A DNA stretch of 63,845 nucleotides, filler included, from Octopus bimaculoides (Eukaryota): NCBI RefSeq assembly GCF_001194135.2. It is 6 parts of 4 records of this genome, joined end to end, with 100 filler letters (N's around TTAATTAATTAA, not from the genome) between each part and the next. Parts side by side here need not be neighbours in the genome. Positions count along the whole stretch, not along the records: positions 50,554 to 53,276 come from NC_068981.1; positions 53,377 to 59,096 come from NC_069004.1; positions 59,197 to 61,561 come from NC_069010.1; positions 61,662 to 63,845 come from NC_068992.1; 2 more parts are not named here. The stretch is one strand, 5' to 3'. Below are positions 53,276-63,845 of the stretch, one piece after another (within the stretch, counting starts at the first letter, position 1; every line of letters begins with the position of its first letter). A program made the translations under genes and the position numbers. The notes beneath the pieces are model-generated. The model saw only the letters and a program-made list of their open reading frames with translations, was not told where the DNA came from and did not search any database.

Positions 53276-53974
53276 ANNNNNNNNNNNNNNNNNNNNNNNN
53301 NNNNNNNNNNNNNNNNNNNNTTAATTAATTAANNNNNNNNNNNNNNNNNNNNNNNNNNNNNNNNNNNNNNNNNNNNGTGTGTGTAATATATGATTGAAAG
53401 TGGTAAAAATTTTCCGTATAAGGTATAATATATAAACCAAAAACAAAAAAAAAAAAAATGAAAATGCACAATAAAGTTAAAACAATTTTTATTATCCTTT
53501 TCGATTAATAACATGCATTTTATTTAGATATGTTAAATATGTCTACATTAAATTCCAACCGGTTTTACACTCAGTAAGTTAGTCAAGGAAAATGAGAACT
53601 TTTGGTTTTTAAGCAGTACACCGAGAGTAACGAAGACTGAAAAGTAGATATAATATATATGCAGTAATGAGAGTCAGATTGACAGATAAATAGAAAGATG
53701 AAAGTGAGATGGATGAAAAATGAAAGTATCAGATTATAAGGCAAAGAGTGTTAAGTAAAGAACTTTGGCACGAGACAGGTTATAAATAATTTGGGGTTTA
53801 GTGAGACCATTTAGTGCAAGATAGAAAGAAGAATATGTTGATAAGTAGCAAGATTTCAATGTCACTGTACCGCATGCAAAGGTTCACATGCACTTACCTT
53901 CTATTTAAAAGAGAGTGTAGTCATATACCCACATATACCCACATATACACAAGTCATTGATTTGTTATACAGGC

Positions 53975-54141
53975 GCAGGCGTGGTTGTGTGGTAACCTCA
54001 TGTTTCTCAACCTCATGTTTACGGGCTTAGTTCCAATGCGTGACAGCTTGGGCAAGTGTTTTCTATTGTAGCTTCGTGACAACCAAAACCTTGTGAGTGG
54101 ATTTGGTAGACGAAAACTGAAAGAAGTCTTTCGTGTACCTG

Positions 54142-54206
<65 letters not shown>

Positions 54207-54415
54207 GTGAGTGTGTATCTTTGTGTCTGAGTTTGTTCCCCACCGCCGCTTGACAGTCAGGGTTAGTGAGTTTGCGTTCCCGTAACTTAGCGCTTCGACA
54301 AAAGAATCCGATAGAATAATACCAAGCTTTTAGTAAAATAAGTACTGGGGTTGATTCATTCGATAAAAAATCTTCAAGGTGGTGTCCCTGCATGGCTGCA
54401 GTCTAACAATTAAAA
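53975..54415 (+). mobile_element. SINE family B copy with internal (CTAT)n
   Basis: Matches the family B core and tail. Confidence 0.8.
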
Positions 54416-54429
54416 CATTGGAAGATATA

Positions 54430-54492
<63 letters not shown>

Positions 54493-55289
54493 AACTTCCA
54501 CTTTTAAGTGGTGAATATTTGACCTTTGGGTATTAATACTGCCTCTGTCACTCTATTAATTTTTTTTTATAAGCCCACTGGCCTTTAGCGACACCAGCGC
54601 GTGTTTTGGCTCTGTTATTTCTATGTATATCGTTAGCGCAACAGTTACTCCTACATCCACCCACTTGGTGTCTATCATTGAAAAGGCCAAATCAGGCCGA
54701 AATCATGTGACCACGTAGTCCGAGTGGCGGTGATTGTCTGCCGCTGGCGATAGCTGTGGTGTGCTTTTATGTTCCATATGAGAATTTTCTCCCGTGGTAA
54801 ATATTGCCGTATTTGTGTGTTCTAACACAACTTTCACTGTTAAGTGGTGAATGTTTTTTTTTTTACCATATATATAAACACTTATGTAAGTTTAGACGGA
54901 TTTACTATCCGGGCGGACACCATGGTAGCTCTCAGTTATATTCCAGGTTACGGCTAACCGCATCGATTAATATTTAACGTCTATGACTTCCAGTAGTTGT
55001 CACTCACGCTGCAAATTCCTCCAATATGAAATTCCGTGTTCGCTTCACTGGATGATAATATTATCTAGATTGCTGCATATTATGGCATATACATATATAT
55101 TCTTTTATTCTTTTACTTGTTTCAGTCATTTGACTGCGGCCATACTGAGCACCACCTTGAAGAGCTTTACTCGAACAAATAGACCTCAGGACTTATTTTT
55201 TAAAGCCTAGTATTTATTCGTTTTCCGGGTTTTACTTTTTACTTCTCTAAAATCATAAAGATCCATTGATATTGCTCTTTCTGTTCTAT

Positions 55290-56640
55290 TCATAAAAACA
55301 CCAAACGGAAAGGCTCATTCAATTTGTATATTTTTCAATTCTTCCAATCTTTGACATAATTTGTTGTATTTGACACAACTGTGCAAATCTTTTTAAAGTT
55401 GAAATGGAAGGTGCTAAATATTTGTTTCTATTCTTCCGCATATTTTCCATAATTAAAATATCTAGAAATGACACTTCTTTCCAGTTTTCACCAAAATATG
55501 TACGCGTTTCCAAATATTTAAGACGATACTTCGTACTTAACGGTAATTCGTTACTAAGTTGACATACATAAGGGCAACTTTGGTTCCCATTGCAGTCACT
55601 GATATCTGGTGGAACGCTAGTTTATCGAATATGAAGTAATTGTTTTGTAATATGAATCTTCGTCCATCAATGATAATTTTTTCTAGACGCGGTCTGGTCA
55701 CTCAACTTGGTATGCATCAAGATTATTTTTAATCGCATTACTTCCATAATCATGAGGAATATTAGTGCATAAATTAACAAAATCAAAGAAAAGAATCTTT
55801 GTATTCTGACTCAGTGTTTTCCTTGAGGGATTAACTATGTCTAGAGATCATCTTGAATAAAAGTTAAGTGATTAACTGCATACTGAGATCATCTCGAATA
55901 CAACTCTTTCCGTGCTTAAAGAAAAGGTTTGGTAAGATATCCACAATGTTGCTTATAATCTGTGTATTTCATATGCAGGACTTACTATAGTTGATCATCT
56001 GGAAGTGACTTATTGATATACTTGGATATAAAGTTTTTACAGACGTCACTTAAGTCTTTATTTTGTGTATTTCGGGTAAACCACAGAAACTACTGGTTTT
56101 GCATTTGAAATTGCTTATATCGTCAAATTTTTGTGGTGTCGAACGTTTGCGGTATTTATTCAGTAAAGTTGGGAGACTTCTCATTACCTTTGATTGTTTA
56201 TAGTTGTCTATTATTTCAGAGCAGTTATCATTTTCTAACATTTTATGTACAAATTCTCTGTGATACTGTGTATCCATGATAGCAACAGTATTACCTTTAT
56301 CGACTTCTTCAATTGTAATTTCAGTGTCCATTCTTGTTTCGAGAAATTTGATATTATTCCTATTTAATTAACATTTCTATTCTCTTTCAATTGCATGAAA
56401 ATATTCTTAAAATGTTCGTAGAAAGTGTGAAGGGGTTTATTTTTCTTTCTTTGGACAGATTTCATTTAATTTTTGCTTGTGATTCGTCGTCCCTATTATA
56501 TTCTCCTTCAAAAACATGCTCGGCTAGTTTTGCGGGAGAAGGCGGAAATTTCAGCCCTTTCCTCAATATATTCACGTATATTGTTTAATGTTTTCTCAGA
56601 TAAATTAATATAACCTTTCGCTTCTCCTGGTCGGTAGCCA
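55290..56640 (-). mobile_element. Penelope-like element RT remnant
   Basis: IEEVDKGNTVAIMD..FCGLPEIHK (ADKG..YGLPKIHK), HQISVTAMGTKVALMYVNL (Q..GTAMG..AP.YANL) and VSFLDILI. Confidence 0.75.
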
Positions 56641-56761
56641 TCTTCCGTCCTCGTGTCTCTGGGTTCGGTCGAAAATACAACTGTTGCTTTCTTCATCTTT
56701 AGCCTAAATTGTTCATCTATTCTGAACTCATTTAACGAATATATCCAACGTTTTATGATTG

Positions 56762-57140
56762 CGTGGAATGTGGTAAGAAGCTTGCTTCCCAACCACATGG
56801 TTCCCGATGCATGGCATCTTGGGCAAGTTTCTTCTAGTATAGCCTCGGACCGATAAAAGCCTTGTGAATAGATTTGTAAACAGAAACTGAAAGAAGCCCG
56901 TCGTATATATATACACACACATCTGTGTGTGTTTTTGTGTCTGTTTGTCTTTCTCTCCACTGCTTGACAACCGGTGTTAGTGAGTTTATGTCCTCGCAAC
57001 TTAGCGGTTCGATAAAAGATTCCGATGAAATAAGTACCAAGCTTCACAAAAACAAAGTACTGAAATCGATACATTCCACTAAAAATTCTTCAAGGTGGTG
57101 CCCCAGCATGAACGCTGTCTAACGCCTGAAACAAGTAATA
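56762..57140 (+). mobile_element. SINE family B copy
   Basis: Matches the family B core and tail; lies just outside the Penelope remnant. Confidence 0.8.
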
Positions 57141-58260
57141 GGATAATTCCATGTAAAAAAATATATTTTGAAAGAAGGATTACAATTATTCTTTAAACGT
57201 TATTGTTTGCAGGCTTCACAATATTTGCATATCTGTCCCAGGCCGTCGATTCATTTAATTTCGACATGTGTCGAATACACGGTACCAAATAAGACGCGAT
57301 AATAGCAAAATTTCCATATCTATTATTCTTGGTCACCGTGGGGTGAGTTGTNNNNNNNNNNNNNNNNNNNNNNNNNNNNNNNNNNNNNNNNNNNNNNNNN
57401 NNNNNNNNNNNNNNNNNNNNNNNNNNNNNNNNNNNNNNNNNNNNNNNNNNNNNNNNNNNNNNNNNNNNNNNNNNNNNNNNNNNNNNNNNNNNNNNNNNNN
57501 NNNNNNNNNNNNNNNNNNNNNNNNNNNNNNNNNNNNNNNNNNNNNNNNNNNNNNNNNNNNNNNNNNNNNNNNNNNNNNNNNNNNNNNNNNNNNNNNNNNN
57601 NNNNNNNNNNNNNNNNNNNNNNNNNNNNNNNNNNNNNNNNNNNNNNNNNNNNNNNNNNNNNNNNNNNNNNNNNNNNNNNNNNNNNNNNNNNNNNNNNNNN
57701 NNNNNNNNNNNNNNNNNNNNNNNNNNNNNNNNNNNNNNNNNNNNNNNNNNNNNNNNNNNNNNNNNNNNNNNNNNNNNNNNNNNNNNNNNNNNNNNNNNNN
57801 NNNNNNNNNNNNNNNNNNNNNNNNNNNNNNNNNNNNNNNNNNNNNNNNNNNNNNNNNNNNNNNNNNNNNNNNNNNNNNNNNNNNNNNNNNNNNNNNNNNN
57901 NNNNNNNNNNNNNNNNNNNNNNNNNNNNNNNNNNNNNNNNNNNNNNNNNNNNNNNNNNNNNNNNNNNNNNNNNNNNNNNNNNNNNNNNNNNNNNNNNNNN
58001 NNNNNNNNNNNNNNNNNNNNNNNNNNNNNNNNNNNNNNNNNNNNNNNNNNNNNNNNNNNNNNNNNNNNNNNNNNNNNNNNNNNNNNNNNNNNNNNNNNNN
58101 NNNNNNNNNNNNNNNNNNNNNNNNNNNNNNNNNNNNNNNNNNNNNNNNNNNNNNNNNNNNNNNNNNNNNNNNNNNNNNNNNNNNNNNNNNNNNNNNNNNN
58201 NNNNNNNNNNNNNNNNNNNNNNNNNNNNNNNNNNNNNNNNNNNNNNNNNNNNNNNAACAG

Positions 58261-58421
58261 TTTTTTCTGCAAAATAGGGGTAGCTTATCCTGTTCAGGCT
58301 ATATTATTAGCATTATCCTGCGTCTGAGAATTTAAAAATCACTTCTTTAACTTTCTAAAAGACATCTCAACGCTTCTAAAAGCAAACTTCGTTTGTTTGT
58401 TTACGTTTATCGTAATTTGAA

Positions 58422-58431
<10 letters not shown>
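58261..58431 (+). repeat. Third copy of the tail of the palindromic element (inverted relative to 59659-59828)
   Basis: CTGCAAAATAGGGGTAG..CCTGTTCAGGCTATATTATTAGCATTA..AACTTTCTAAAAGACATCTCAACGC..CGTAATTTGAATTTAATAT; 5' part lost in the gap. Confidence 0.9.
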
Positions 58432-58462
<31 letters not shown>

Positions 58463-59196
58463 CTTGGGGAGGGTCATTTTTATTTTTTGCCAATTAGGTA
58501 CACGCATTATATTTTCGATCTTCGATCTTCACTTTAGTTTTCGTATTGTTTTTAGTATGTGTATATGTATGTATATATGTATGTATGTATGCATGTATGT
58601 GTGTATATTTAATTTTCAATAGTATACATGAATGATGTACAAACATATTAATACATACGCATACAGTGAAGATAGATAGACATGTGAATGTATGTATACA
58701 TGTATATATGTGTCTATATGAATGTGTGTATATACACATATATATATAATCATAAATATACAGGGATTAGCAGGAGCTGCTTCTCCAACATACTGAGAAT
58801 TCAGAAATAGCAGTCAAAGAACTACTGATTCCAAACTACACATTTTTTCTCTAACGGATGGCGATATTTATGGCACACACAGAACAAAAACAGAAGAGAA
58901 GAGTAAAAACAAACCTGCCTTTAGTTAATTGGGTACGACGTTTCACAGTTAAGGGTATGAAGTTACCCTATTCCGATCTTCAGCCTCAATATTCGAATAA
59001 ATTTGAAAATGTCTAATAACTCATGTGAATTTTGACCATGCGACATCAAGACCACGTGAGGCGGACACTAAGAAATTTATCGGCTAGTGAGTTCAANNNN
59101 NNNNNNNNNNNNNNNNNNNNNNNNNNNNNNNNNNNNNNNNTTAATTAATTAANNNNNNNNNNNNNNNNNNNNNNNNNNNNNNNNNNNNNNNNNNNN

Positions 59197-59234
<38 letters not shown>

Positions 59235-59308
59235 TGTCTCTCTCTCAAAATATATTTGAGACTGGTCAGTTATTACATCACATAGATTATATCACACTAT
59301 CCAATGTT

Positions 59309-59633
59309 TTATGTCCACCGGTCCTTTCCGATACACATACCTTTCCCTGCCCACCAAGCACCTAAGTTTTCATACCAGATTGGTTTCTTGTCCCATAAGG
59401 CATGGTGTAACATCGCACAAACATGACACCAAAGCTGGACATGGACAAATTCTCCGGTTCCTTTCCATTTGAAATACTCGTTATAAAGAATATCGTTTTG
59501 ATCAAGTTTATGCAGGTAAGCTGCTAATTCTTTGGCTGTCTTGAAATCCTCGTAGTGAATGTACGAATTCTCAGGTGCTACTTCACGGTAGTCGTCGGGA
59601 TGGGCACCCATTACAATCGGAATAGTATTGTGT
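59309..59633 (-). CDS. Last coding exon of a GT10 alpha-1,3-fucosyltransferase (FucTA-like)
   Basis: Acceptor ttttttttctattccag; HNTIPIVMGAHPDDYREVAPENSYIHYEDFKTAKELAAYLHKLDQNDILYNEYFKWK..WCHVCAML matches the Glyco_transf_10 C-terminal PIV.G..Y..P..S.I..DF..ELA.YL..LD.N..Y..YF.W motif; TAA stop; upstream exons not in view. Confidence 0.9.
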
Positions 59634-59663
59634 CTGGAATAGAAAAAAAATGTGAAAAATATA

Positions 59664-60155
59664 TTAAATTCAAATTACGACAAACGTAAATAAACAAATG
59701 AAGTTTGCTTTTAGGAGCGTTAAGATGTCTTTTTAGAAAGTTAAAGAAGTGATTTTAAATTCTCAATCGCAGAATAATGCTAATAATATAGCCTGAACAG
59801 GATAAACTACCCCTATTTTGCAGAGAAAAGTGTAGGTGGCTAACTGTGGACTCGAACTCACATCCCCGTGATTACATCTCACAATGCTTTGACCGGTTAA
59901 GCTAAACTACCCACTACAAATTCCTCTGCAAATTAAGATATATAACTTTCTAAAAGACATCTCAACGCAGAGGAATTTGTAGTGGGTAGTTTAGCTTAAC
60001 CGGTCAAAGCATTGTGAGATGTAATCACGGGGATGTGAGTTCGAGTCCACAGTTAGCCACCTACACTTTTCTCTGCAAAATAGGGATAGTTTATCCTGTT
60101 CAGGCTATATTATTAGCATTATTCTGCGATTGAGAATTTTAAAAAATCACTTAAC
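59664..60155. mobile_element. Head-to-head palindromic insertion with ~180-bp arms, bounded by a 13-bp direct repeat
   Basis: 59749-59929 is the near-perfect reverse complement of 59967-60152; TGTGAAAAATATA occurs at 59651-59663 and 60156-60168. Confidence 0.85.
59984..60059 (+). pseudogene. tRNA-like sequence (possible Thr-TGT origin, probably a SINE head); mirror copy at 59837-59912 (-)
   Basis: TAGCTTAACCGGTCAAAGC D-arm/A-box, TTGTGA-GATGTAA-TCACGG anticodon-like arm, GTGAGTTCGAGTCCAC T-arm/B-box; weak acceptor stem and no U33. Confidence 0.5.
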
Positions 60156-60254
60156 TGTGAAAAATATAGTTTCTATAAACCATATTCAAAGGATAAATAA
60201 AGGTTCACATGAGTAAATTATAAATAAATCTTTATATAACCTATAGGCACAGGA

Positions 60255-60625
60255 GGGGCTGTATGGTAAGTAGCTTGTTTACCAACCACATGGTTCTGGG
60301 TTCAGTCCCACTGCATGGCATCTTGGGCAAGTGTCTTCTACTATAGCCTCAGGCCAACCAAAGCCTTGTGAGTGGATTTGGTAGACGGAAACTGAAAGAA
60401 GCCTGTCATATATATGTATATGTATATATATGTGTGTGTGTGTGTGTGTTTGTGTTTGTCCTCCCAACATCACTTGACAACTGATGCTGGTGTGTTTACG
60501 TCCCCCATAACTTAGCAGTTCGGCAATAGAGACGGATAGAATAAGTACTAGGCATCCAAAGAATAATTCCTGGGGTCGATTTGCTCATAACCCTCGACGT
60601 TGTAAGCGACGGAGTGCCAACAACA
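60255..60625 (+). mobile_element. SINE family B copy ending in a family A tail
   Basis: Family B body to ~60585, then CCCTCGACGTTGTAAGCGACGGAGTGCCAACAACAA as at 2085-2120. Confidence 0.8.
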
Positions 60626-61149
60626 ATTACGTAAATCCAACAAAACTTATTTGAATTGTGTAAACTCTAGTAGTTTAGTATGAAAGAATTAGCTAGTATA
60701 AATTTTATGTTGTAACTATCTACGACAAATTGCTTTACTACTAATTGTACTGTAAATATTAAATGTAAATAAATAAACCAATGTAGTAAATAATTTCTTT
60801 ATTCACTGTTTCCAACCTGTTAATGAAATTTATTTCTGCAACAATGAAACTGTTTTTATAGCGGTGAAAAAGAACACAAACTTATTTATCTTCAACATAC
60901 ATGCATGTTTCAATATGTCTGTTTAAGTGTCTTGACGTATATATTTTCACTACGGTGTTAATGTAAGTTGAGTTAAGATTTATGTATAGTAATAATACTT
61001 ATAATTAAGTTATAAGTGATGGGTTTATCAATATAGATTGCTACTCAAAAAATAAAATATATTTATTATCTATTCGAAGTTGAAACGATATAAATAAGAT
61101 AAAACACCATGCTAAGAGTTGTAGCCATAATAGAAATATGACAAAGTTC

Positions 61150-61395
61150 TCACAGGTAGGTCACCCGCAGATTTGATGTTCTCCAGAAAGATTCCTCCTG
61201 TGTTTGACAAATTGTTGCTGAGTAGGAAATGGAACATAGAAAATTCGGGACGTAGAATGAAATTTTTTAACACAGGTGACAAAGTGTATTTTGAAATATA
61301 TAAAAATGGAAAACAGGACTGGGAACAAAGTAATATAACTGGACATCTGGATAACGTGATGTACATGCTAAAATGCATAAGAAACCAAAATTAAG
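61150..61395 (+). mobile_element. Gypsy (K02A2.6-like) integrase C-terminal remnant
   Basis: GRSPADLMFSRKIPPVFDKLL..FNTGDKVYF..YKNGK..W..G..NVMY. Confidence 0.7.
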
Positions 61396-61406
61396 GTCTA
61401 CTAGCC

Positions 61407-61561
61407 TGTAGTCCTTTCTACTCTCCTGTAGTCCTTTCTACTCTCTTGTAGTCCTTTCTACTCTCCTGTAGTCCTTTCTACTCTCCTGTAGTCCTTTCTA
61501 CTCTCTTGTAGTCCTTTCTACTCTCCTGTAGTCCTTTCTACTCTCCTGTAGTCCTTTCTAC
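61407..61561. repeat. 20-bp tandem repeat (TGTAGTCCTTTCTACTCTCY)n running into a gap
   Basis: At least 7.75 near-identical units. Confidence 0.95.
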
Positions 61562-62349
61562 NNNNNNNNNNNNNNNNNNNNNNNNNNNNNNNNNNNNNNN
61601 NNNNNTTAATTAATTAANNNNNNNNNNNNNNNNNNNNNNNNNNNNNNNNNNNNNNNNNNNNATATATATATATATATATATAGATATACATACATATATA
61701 AAGTGTATATGTATGTGTGTGTGTTTGTGTGTGTATAAATGTATACATACACATATACATGCATACATATATATACATGAACCTTTATATATGCATATAT
61801 ATATATTCATGTATATATGAATGTATATACATGCATATACACATGAATATATATATTTATATGCATACGCATTATTATATTTATGCATATGTGTGTGTGT
61901 ATATATATATATATACAGTGAGAGAGAGCGAGCGAGAGAGACACGTACATACATACATACATACATACATACATACATACATGCATACATACATGCATGT
62001 ATACATACATATATACATATTTGACTTTTCCATCATGTTTTATAACTGATAGAAGTGGGAATGTCATACGAAAGACAATATTTAAATTACAATATTATAA
62101 CTTACAGCATTAAGCTATTACTCTACAAGATTCAGTTAGTTTCTTCCAAGAATTAGCTAGTTCTTACAGTATAAATTTATTACCTTGCAATATTAAGTTA
62201 TTTCATTACAAATTTGTTATTAATTCTTTCTTTATAATTAATTCTTTCTTTATAATACTGAGTTAATTTCTGAACATCTTGAATAAGTTCTTTAAGTAAT
62301 TCCTTAAGTAATTCGCTACAATATTTATTTTAATCTTTATTTTCTTACA

Positions 62350-62515
62350 TAAGGCGGTGAGCTGGCAGGACCGGTAGCACGACGGGTAAAATGTTTTGTG
62401 GCACTTCGTTCGTCGTTACATTCTTAGTTGAATTACCGCCTAGGTCGATTTTGCCCTTCATCTTTTCAATGGCGATAAAATAAAATGCTGGCCTGGTGCC
62501 GAAATTTGAAACCGA
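62350..62515 (+). mobile_element. SINE family C copy
   Basis: Starts AAGGCGGTGAGCTGGCAG; GGTCGATTTTGCCCTTCATC core. Confidence 0.7.
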
Positions 62516-63444
62516 TATTTATTTTTTACAGTTATTTCCACCTATGTTCAATTAAATTGTCTTTACTTTCACTATTCCTCCTTCTTCGTGACAAATGGAT
62601 GACTTTTTTGCTAATATCACGAATCCTGTTGTTTTTTTTTATTATTTTAATCATTCTGTTCTTTTTATGAGTTTGTTTTTGTTTTTTGTTTTTTGCAGGA
62701 GTTGACTTGTCACTGCTATTTCACCAGGCACGAATAAATCGTACTGCGACACTTTGATCTTCAACCAGAACACCAACAAAATAGATAGATAAACGAATAG
62801 ATAAATATACAAATAAACAGCAAAAAAAAAAAATCAACACAAAAATCTAAAAAATAAAATCATTCGACATCATCATATATTATTTACAGTTTACCTGTGT
62901 CTTCTTCAGCCAGATCTTAATCATTTTCCAAGAAAAAATCTTCTATTGTATATTCTAGTTGCGTTATCTTTGAGTCTTTGAATCATCATAACACATTTAA
63001 CTAAGCAGTTGATCCATGGTTTAACTTCTTCCTTCGAAACTTTCTCACAGATTTTAATATATATACATATATATGTATGTATGTATGTATATGTATGTAT
63101 GTATGTATATATAACAATGAAAATGAAAATAAAAATTAATGGAAAAGGGAGAAAATAAATGATACATATATTTTTTAAAATCCACATTTGATCTACGATA
63201 TGTTATTATAGTGAGTTTGACCGCTCTTCCATCTTGATCTGCCACCCCCACCTCAATCTCCTATCGTTAAATGTCATTCATTTGATCCTCAACTCTGTAT
63301 CTGCAGCCAGATCTTATTTTTTACTCCCTCCATCGTTCACGTGATCTGAAAAAAACAAACAAAAAACGCTCGCTTTTGATCCGCTACCATGTTAAATACA
63401 TCATCAGCAACATTATTAAAAACAGCGATAGCACAGCGATGAAA

Positions 63445-63519
63445 AGAACATCATTATCATCATTATCATCATCATCAACATCATCAACAGCAGCAACAAC
63501 AACAAAAACAACAACAACA

Positions 63520-63575
<56 letters not shown>

Positions 63576-63700
63576 AAGAAAGCCAATAAGTAGACGAAGA
63601 GATGTAAAAGAAAACAGACAAAAACAAAAACACGAAACAAACAGACCCCTACGTTACCCAGCCTCCTTTTATCGTTACCATCTCACTCTGATGCCCGTAA

Positions 63701-63744
<44 letters not shown>

Positions 63745-63770
63745 TATAACAATAATAATAATAAAGGAAA
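63445..63770. repeat. (TCA)n, (ACA)n, (CTA)n and (AAT)n trinucleotide runs
   Basis: Direct reading. Confidence 0.95.
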
Positions 63771-63845
63771 TATATCTTCACACTCACGTGCACCCCCACT
63801 TATATACACATATACACATATTTCTGTATATATATATATATATAT

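Noticed and set aside
62893-63187. Upstream fucosyltransferase exon
   Set aside because: A donor-like site exists but no GT10 motif (such as FENS..DY.TEK) is present in any frame.

Overview
AT-rich, microsatellite-dense animal genomic DNA with many N gaps. The SINE families and repeat style suggest a cephalopod (Octopus-like) draft scaffold; this is an inference. Only two host coding elements are recognisable. One is a complete, intronless COX16 ORF (25193-25513, +). The other is the last coding exon of a GT10 alpha-1,3-fucosyltransferase (59309-59633, -), whose upstream exons are not visible. Four short minus-strand segments (36984-37026, 31126-31150, 25050-25144, 22389-22453) join in frame at GT-AG boundaries and may be the 3' end of an unidentified gene with COX16 nested antisense in one intron; this is tentative. 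The rest is mobile-element debris: a Tx1-like LINE, RTE, HERO-like and Penelope-like remnants, Gypsy LTR/PBS/gag and integrase pieces, Tc1/mariner remnants, MITEs and at least four SINE-like families. The most striking structure is a ~490-bp head-to-head palindrome carrying two tRNA-like heads. It is bounded by a 13-bp direct repeat, sits right beside the fucosyltransferase 3' splice site, and has a third inverted copy downstream of the exon. I found no evidence for a new multi-gene system.
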